From NCBI RefSeq assembly GCF_001194135.2, contig NC_068999.1:15244195-15289499 (forward strand): a stretch of DNA of 45,305 bases, given 5' to 3'. This DNA comes from Octopus bimaculoides (taxonomy: Eukaryota). Below the pieces are notes generated by a model. That model did not search any database. It had not been told where the DNA came from and saw only the letters and a program-made list of their open reading frames with translations. Below are positions 37,464-45,305 of the stretch, piece after piece. Each line of letters opens with the position of its first letter. Within the stretch, counting starts at the first letter, position 1. A program made the translations under genes and the position numbers.

Positions 37464-38019
37464 CACACACACACACTCATATATAATGTGTCTATGTCTT
37501 CCTGTGTTCGTGTCTTTGCGCATGTGTGTCTCCTTGCATGTGTAAGTACAGAAGCACGTACACAGACAACATGTGTTCAGACATCTAGAACTACCTGTGA
37601 TATATTACATTGCAGCTGCTAGTACAATAACGCCCTAATATATTCTGCGGCATCTCTCGTTTTAACAAAATTGGTGTTCAGTACACAGGCACAGCATCGG
37701 TCTAACTAACTGAATATCGTATCGGTGAAAATGTACAACCTCTCTGGAGAACATAATTAAAGTGAGATTCCCCATCCAGTACATTTATTGACAAGTTCCC
37801 GTTGTAGTTATTGGCGTGTTTGCGGGCATCACCATAAATCTTTCTCTTACAAGCCACGCGAATTTGATGAATGTTGGCCACCAAATACAATACAACATAT
37901 CGATATAGATGGCAAGAAGCCAGGTGTGAAATTACCTTTCATGATCAAGCTAGTATGATAACCATCAACATTATCATCATTCTCCCCCATAAGTTTCCAT
38001 CATTTTCCTTTCCTTTCTT

Positions 38020-38059
<40 letters not shown>

Positions 38060-38460
38060 AATACTTGTGTTAGCGCATCATTTTTATGCTAAAACTATTA
38101 ATGTTATTGTTGTTCTTGTCGTTCATATTTTTATCATTGTTGTTATCGTTTCAATTGTTGTTACTTCTGTTTTCTCTTGATGTAAACGGACCTGTATGTT
38201 ACAAGCACGTAAGTTTCAAGAAAAAATGTCATTATTGGATTATTTTCTAATTTATATTCCTTTTTTTATTCTGTAACGTATGTGCATATGAAAGCGTCAC
38301 AATAATGTGCGTAAGGTATTTCATTTTATTTTCCTCTGTTTGGAGGAGAGAATATATTTTATTACCTTTTGAATATATTTTTTTACTTTTTTGGACATTT
38401 TACATGCAGACATTTTGATAACAATATTTGTATATGTGTCAACAAGCGAATTGATATTAA

Positions 38461-38709
38461 GAGGAGGCACCGTCGAGGCTGACTACAAGATGTTCGCCAA
38501 AGGGGAAATTCTGCCATAAAAAGAGTATTACAACGAACACAGGTTTAAAAGCAGTGACAAATGAAGAAGTAAACACGGATATTTGTGCTCCAAAGTATGC
38601 AGAGAAAGATGGGATCTCTGATCGAATTTGTGAAAAACAACCGCAGGAACATATTCGTGCAACTTATGAGATGATGAATGAGATAGAAGAAAATTTGCCA
38701 ATGTTGTGA
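38461..38709 (+). CDS. Stop-to-stop open frame of 82 codons, possible terminal exon
   Basis: EEAPSRLTTRCSPKGKFCHKKSITTNTGLKAVTNEEVNTDICAPKYAEKDGISDRICEKQPQEHIRATYEMMNEIEENLPML*, with AATAAA at 38740. The acceptor is weak and no homology is recognised. Confidence 0.2.
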   Translation, partial: EEAPSRLTTRCSPKGKFCHKKSITTNTGLKAVTNEEVNTDICAPKYAEKDGISDRICEKQPQEHIRATYEMMNEIEENLPML

Positions 38710-39641
38710 TCCAGGCCAAAGATAAAAATGTGGGTATTAAAATAAACTGTCTTGGAATATTTAGATATACGAATTAAAACTTAAGTGTACATGTAACTAC
38801 TCTTCGATGAGAAACAAATGTGTCATCGATTGCTATCTGGAAAAGCCGCGACTCCTTGTTAGAATATAAATAATGTGGCATAGCATTACAAGTTTTCTTC
38901 ATATATCGACCACGGGAAATATATATGGCACATTAGTCGCTCTTTCTTCCAAGCAGAGTATGACAAATCTGAAAGCAATCAGGAAATGTATTTTCAAACT
39001 AACAACATCAACAAATTACCCTAGGTATGTCACATAAATCAGAACAGCAAACACCAAGTCCGATAAATCTCTAATACACACTCAGCACATCAACTATTGT
39101 ATTTCAACATATGTTGAAATACAAAGACGTCGATTTGAGAAAGTATAAATCATAGATGGAAATACAATGTATATAAGTACATATTTAGTGCTACAGAACT
39201 AAATGTATGCATTGTCCTACTACGACTCTCCTAGATAACCATAAGAAAATAACAAGAGAGCTGGTGTGATGACGATTTTAATTTAAAAACACAGACTAAA
39301 TTATTTTTTCAACATCGAAGCAAAATTCAAAGCTACAAATTCGATATGCCGCAAGTTGTTTATTTCACGAAAATTATTCTTTCAAACACTCTCTTAACAT
39401 TTCTAAAATTAGTTCCTCTTATGCTTGTGCAGCACAACGAATAACCCAAGATTTTTATATTCTATATGGAACTTGGAAGTTAATCGCAATTCATTAACAA
39501 TATTTTCCTCACGTCATTCGTTACATAGGCAATCTGTCTCCATCTACGCTCTTTGAGAATTTGAATTACTTCTCTGATGTAAGATTGTGTACGATATACA
39601 AACTTATATGAAATAATTTATTCGTAACGTCTACCCGGGTT

Positions 39642-39770
39642 CCACATGTTTCCGGGTTCAGTCTCACTACACGGCTCCTTCGACAAGGGATTTCTACTAG
39701 AGTTTCGGGCTGACCAAAGCCTAGTGAGTGGATTCGTTCGAAATAAACTGAAACAAAGGCTGTCATATAT
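39642..39770 (+). mobile_element. SINE family A, truncated 5' half
   Basis: CCACATGTTTCCGGGTTCAGTCTCACT...GACCAAAGCCTAGTGAGTGGATT...AACTGAAA, then (TA)n. Confidence 0.85.
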
Positions 39771-39817
39771 ATATATATATATACACGCTCTTCTAAGCAT
39801 TCTTCCTTTACAAATGC

Positions 39818-40207
39818 AGGCGTGGTTGTGTGGTAAGAAGCTTGCTTCCCAAGCACTTGGTTCAAGGTTCATTCCCACTGTGTGGCACCTTCGGCAAGTG
39901 TCTTCTATTAGAGCTTTGGGCCGAGCAAAGTCTTTTGAGTGGATTTGGTAGACGGAATCTTAAAGAAGCCCGACGTATATATGCATATATATAGGTTATG
40001 TGTGTTGATGGCTATCCTTTTTCCCTCATTACCACTTGACATCCGGTGTTTGTTCTTTTACGTGTCCGTATCGTAGCGATGCGTTTCAGCAAATGATACC
40101 GAAAGAGTATCACGCTTAAAATAAAATCATTATTGGCGTCGACTCGTTGGACTAAATCCCTTCATGATTGTACCCTAGCATGGTTGCAGTCTAATGCCTG
40201 AAACAAG
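39818..40207 (+). mobile_element. SINE family A, near full length
   Basis: GGCGTGGTTGTGTGGTAAGAAGCTTGCTTCCC, box B GGTTCATTCCC, CCTTCGGCAAGTGTCTTC, a central TA/TG tract, and the tail AGCATGGTTGCAGTCTAATGCCTGAAACAAG. Confidence 0.9.
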
Positions 40208-41558
40208 TTGACACAAATGAATTAGCAATATGTTTAATCAAGCAAGTTCGTATTGTCTGTACTTTGTTAATTGGACCCTACTAATCTACAAAGATTGCCG
40301 AAAAGTTCATTGGGTAAAGCTATCCCGAAAGGCCTGATAGGAGCCTCAACTTTCCGAATTATTTTACAGTGATAAGAAAGACTGAAGGTGCGCTGCAATA
40401 ATTATGTGAATGGAATCAGATTTAACTGATCTTTCTGCATTTTATTTTACCCAATGTCAGGAACTTTCAGCACCATCACGTATGTCTGCACGCATCCAAA
40501 TAGGTACCTAATACCACCAGAGATAGCGTGATACATGTTACCAAACCAGTAACGCTCGCCTGTAACGGTTGTCTGTCTGTATGGTTGTTACGCTAAACTT
40601 TTCCACTAAAACTTTTATGACGTGTTAAATATCTTATATTACATTACATTATATTATATTAAGTTTATCCAAATTATCATAAGTTTTCATTGCGAGTCAC
40701 TAATAAACGTCAACAGGTAATTTTCCATCACCTAATATGAAACAAATTAATTTAATTAAAATAGTCTTCATAAGTCTTTCAGGAAATGCTTAGTATCAGT
40801 AACATCTTGGTGCCTTCCATTAGCTTATTTACGTCATTCCCTTACCTCGGTTCTACATTCTCTTCTCAATTTTCTTTTATCTTTGTTTTTCATATTTAAC
40901 GTTCTTCTTTATGCATTAACCTATATGTGCTGATGTAGTGATAGCAAAATATGCGTTGCTGTCATTGTTTATGCTAACAAAGTAACGATTTTCCCTTAAG
41001 CATAAGAATTAAATTAATATAATTTTAAAATATCAGTGAAATTTTCTCCTACATTACTCTGTAAATCATTAAATCAGACAACACTATTCTATTTAACACT
41101 ACACCTAGGAGGGAAAATCTAAAATTATTACGAATTATCCAGATTCGTGTTCAATATATTCACATGTACTTTAATTAACTCCCTTAGTTCGAAGTTATTA
41201 ATTGTTCTTTTTCTGTTCTGAATGAATTTCTACGTATTCATTAAATCATTAGCACTGTATACTTGTATATTCATCATGATCATTTTACATGCTTGGATTG
41301 ATATATATATACTCCACACAATACACACACGCACAGGCGCGAAGTGCACACACACGCGCACATGAACACGCACACAATAATACATATGTATGAGTGTGTA
41401 TGTGTGTGTTTATGAAGCCTGATAAAAAATAACTATCGGTTCTGGTGATTTAAAAGGGAAATTACATCACATAGCTCTACATATCACCTTCAGAAAATGC
41501 ACACTTAACTTTGCATTCAGGAGCAAAGTAAAAGAGTAAAATAGTAAAGAGTAAAGAT

Positions 41559-41594
<36 letters not shown>

Positions 41595-43117
41595 NNNNNN
41601 NNNNNNNNNNNNNNNNNNNNNNNNNNNNNNNNNNNNNNNNNNNNNNNNNNNNNNNNNNNNNNNNNNNNNNNNNNNNNNNNNNNNNNNNNNNNNNNNNNNN
41701 NNNNNNNNNNNNNNNNNNNNNNNNNNNNATATATATATATATACGTGTGTATACATGCATATATATTTCTACGTGTGTGTCTGTGTATGTATATGTAGAT
41801 ATAATGCGCAACACAGCTTAAGTTACAAGTGAATTACATTTCAACATTACAAAGCATCAGTTTGGAGGGAGTAATAATGCAAAATTATTCTCTGTATGTT
41901 GTTGGTGAACGAAAGTAGATGGACGATGTCTCCCGAGGAAAATTTTGACGGTAAGCTAAATGTTGATGATACAAGATTGTGCCGTTTGCCCCGAAATATT
42001 TGTAAATCTGTTATAAAATAGTTTGCACTATAATAGCTGTCAAATGTATAAAATTTCATCTGCTAATTTATTACAGTTTTATATAGCAACTGATCTCTGG
42101 TGATTCTTGAAATTTGGATGGAACTTCTTTGAGGTGAGGTAAATGAACTGCAAATTTATGTCACAAAGATTAGGTTTAGGTTTAGTGTTGGTGTTAGATT
42201 CATTGAACTTGGATATTTCGAATGGTAGATTTATGTAGCTAAAAGAAATATATACTTAAAGTAGCAAGTGTGAATATATTATACCATAATTTTTTTGTAT
42301 ATTGAATTGTCTTTGTAAAATAGCTACTATTCCACGCTTATAGTATAACAACGTATTTAAATTTAGATAGAATGTTTCAATAATTGCAAACACAAATGTA
42401 TTGACACCAAAATGGCAGTTAATTCTAGAATTTCTAAATCCTGGAGGTTGGTGAATTGTATAGCTCTACTTAATTTATCTTTTCTTGATAGTATGCAAAA
42501 TTATTTTCTCAATCATCTTCTATTTGCTGTTCACATTGGAGTCTCCTTTATTTGAAAATATCGTCATATTGGTATTCTATTATAATAACATTTTTAATAT
42601 ATATGATAAAATATAATTGTTTCATAAAATGTGGAATACATTTGTATATGGAACTTGAAGAGTAGAATTGTTATTTGAAGTATTAGTTCATTTTGTAAAG
42701 ACGATGGTGTATCAATGATTTGTTTAGATAAAGTGCTTGTTGTGGTGGTAATTATTATGCATTACATTCTGAATAACTCAGCACGCCTATGATTCAAACA
42801 TTTACATCATGCATCTTAAACATTCTTACACGTATCTTTTTACGCTACTGATTATTCAATGAGTAATTGTTTTTAAAGATATCACCGTGGATTTTCTACG
42901 ATACATTTTAGTTCTCGAATTTACTACATTTGTATAAAACCTCCCTTGACTCCTTGTAAAATACGAGTGTAGCAATAATGTTAGTTGTAAATCCTGCTAA
43001 AATACATTTGTGTTTCAGTATAAAGGCATGTTAGGAATAAAGAGATTTAAGTTGATCAGTTTTCTAAGAAGGAATAAATGGGAACTGTTTTAAATGTTCA
43101 CAACATGTGTGACTATA

Positions 43118-43244
43118 CGAGGAGAGACGAATCCATAGATATTACCTGAGTGCAAGAGGTCTAAGTGCAGCTGTTTTTTTTATGGCGCAAAGGTCATTAG
43201 AGACGCAGAGGTTACTGTTGTGAAATTTTCAGTCTCTGCTTGAG
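43118..43244 (+). mobile_element. Possible mariner-like left end leading into the fold-back
   Basis: Starts TA|CGAGG, as in many mariner TIRs. The palindrome arm near the centre reads RFKSGNY, similar to the mariner N-terminal RFKSGxF motif. No matching right TIR is seen. Confidence 0.35.
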
Positions 43245-43562
43245 ACAGTTCGTATAATGTGAATTTTTTGAAATGTATAGGAAGTTTCAAAAACAGCATT
43301 AGTATGTTCGCATCTCACTCGTAGGAAATCATAGTCTACAAATTGAAGACCACAAGGCAAATTTACTTAATGTACATATCCGATTCAAAAGCAGAGATTA
43401 CTATATAGTTCCCGCTTTTGAATCGGATACGCACTTTAAGTAAATTTGCCTTGTGGTCTTCAATTTGTAGACTACGATTTGCTACGAGTGAGATGCGAAC
43501 ACACTAATGCTGTTTTTGAAACTTCCTATACTATTCAAATACATTCACATTATATGAACTGT
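43245..43562. repeat. 318-bp near-perfect fold-back palindrome (~148-bp arms)
   Basis: 43245-43392 is the reverse complement of 43414-43562 with about a dozen differences by eye. The spacer is centred on ACTATATAGT. Confidence 0.98.
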
Positions 43563-44081
43563 TTTATATTCCTCTGGGGCCTCTTTATCAAAGTTTATTT
43601 TGAACTGAAATATAATGATTTAATTATTTAGAAATTACGGGCTTAATTTAATGTAATATATTTTGATTAAAACTTCAAACTCTAATTTACAATTTAATTC
43701 ATTATGTTATTCCCACCGCAAATATCAAACCAACATGAAAAATCACGCATTAGGACACAACCAGAAAAGCCTGTAATTTTCGTGCTACATGGCTACCGAA
43801 TTCTCTATCGGATATAAAATCTTTGAGTTACGATAGACTAATCACATTTTAATACCTAATTTCCGGAGATACAATCTTAAAAGTTCAAATAAATGTTAAC
43901 AACAGCTAAAGCTAGTATGGACAACATTTAGATCTCAAACTTACTGATGAACGTCTCAGGCAACAGCATACCATCAACAAAGCCAAAACAAATTTTATCA
44001 TAATACTTCAGCTCATTTGCTAAAAATTACTAACTGCATATAACTACCACGTTCAGTCCAACAATTGATTACGACAATTAA

Positions 44082-44304
44082 CCCTTTTGTTACAAACCTG
44101 CCTGAAACCGACTGTGGCTCTGTAGTAGAAATGTCTTGCTTTCAAACGTTCTGATTTAAAATCTTCCACCAAACCTTAGTCACAGTTTATGTTTGTAACA
44201 CTAGCGTAATGACAACAAAGTTATTTTACTAAATTATTTGTTATATTCAAAATTAATTTAAAGAAATACAGAACATCTCAAACAGAAATGTGGTAACGAA
44301 AGGG
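44082..44304. mobile_element. piggyBac-type MITE
   Basis: TTAA|CCCTTTTGTTAC ... GTAACGAAAGGG|TTAA: TTAA TSD, CCC/GGG termini, 12-bp TIR, no coding capacity. Confidence 0.92.
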
Positions 44305-44839
44305 TTAAATCTGGATCTATGCCGTTACCTCAGCCACATATATTCTACAATACATGCAAAACATACTTGAAAGTTTGACAGAACTTTCCTCTCCAATATA
44401 CTGCAAAATTCGATCAATGCACAAGTGCATTGCATCATCTGAAAAGCAGATTTGCTGCCCCTTGAATCTCATACTTTTCACTTGACTATTCACCTATGAC
44501 CCAAAATATCCAACTAATCAAATGACCTGTTCATTCCTTCCCAAACGTTTAATCCATTTGTATCACTTACATACCTTCATTTCTTTTACTGAAGTTCTTC
44601 ATTTAAAATGGGTTCAACAACATGCAAATAATAGCCTAAATGCCACCACTTTCTGGGCTCTGTGAAAGTCATCACAAGAACACCTTTCTTCAGACAAAAC
44701 CCTTCAATTAAGGAGCGATTTCTCTTTTTTGTCAAATTGTCATTACCATTAATAAAAATAGGAATTCTATGATGGTGTATTTCATTACAAATACTTTTGT
44801 ATTAGTGTTGCCTTTTATTAAATTTATATTATTTATTGA

Positions 44840-45153
44840 GTGAAGGCGCGTGACTAAGCGTTTACGGTAATCCGTCACGATTGTGAGTTCGACTCCCGGC
44901 TGCGCATTGTGTCATTGAGCAAGAAACTTTATTTAATGTTGCACTAGTCCACTCGGCTAGTAAAAATGAGTAGTACCTAACGTTCAAAGGGCCACGCTTG
45001 TCACATTTTGTGCTACGCTAAATCTCCCTAGGATCTACGTTAAGGGTACATGTGTTAATGTAGTGTTCAGCCACTTGCACCTTAATTTTACGAGCAGGAT
45101 GTTCCGTTGATTAGATCAAGAGGAACCATTTTCATCGTAACTGTCGGAGTGCC
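44840..45153 (+). mobile_element. tRNA-derived SINE, family C
   Basis: Head GTGAAGGCGCGTGACTAAGCG, box B GAGTTCGACTCCC and central TGTGTCATTGAGCAAGAAACTTTATTT, followed by a (CA)n/(TA)n tract. Confidence 0.85.
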
Positions 45154-45167
45154 ATATGTACTTAGAT

Positions 45168-45305
45168 ATATACATACACACACACGCACAAACACACACA
45201 CACACACACGCAAATACACACACACGTAAACATACACACATACGCACACACACATAAACAGTTGCAGCGTATACATATATAATTTATATATATATATATA
45301 TATAT
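45168..45305. repeat. Degenerate (CA)n then (TA)n microsatellite
   Basis: Directly visible. Confidence 0.95.

Noticed and set aside
44340-44720. Possible LINE (CR1/L2-like) linker remnant (...NNSLNATTFWAL*K...)
   Set aside because: Only a 2-3 residue motif resemblance; no endonuclease or RT motifs were seen.

Overview
This is eukaryotic, AT-rich, repeat-dense DNA from a fragmented assembly, with 12 N-gaps, most flanked by (TA)n or (TG)n. The tRNA-derived SINE families and microsatellite spectrum match my recollection of Octopus (bimaculoides-like) genomic DNA; this is pattern recognition, not a database search. No long intact gene, rRNA, tRNA gene or CRISPR array is visible. Nearly all long ORFs in the track are artefacts of N-runs or microsatellites. 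Supported content: three tRNA-headed SINE families (8 annotated loci), two deleted mariner transposase remnants, a rearranged DD41D (rosa-type) Tc1/mariner remnant, an Academ-like transposase C-terminus, Tc1-type and piggyBac-type MITEs, a possible Penelope GIY-YIG remnant, and a 318-bp fold-back palindrome. The two best leads are (1) a tandem pair of minimal type-I hammerhead-ribozyme-like motifs on the minus strand (23956-24167, 161 nt apart), with a swapped G3-C8 core pair and a near-palindromic stem III, and (2) a candidate two-exon gene for a 37-aa secreted Cys-rich peptide (30088-31118). Both are unverified inferences.
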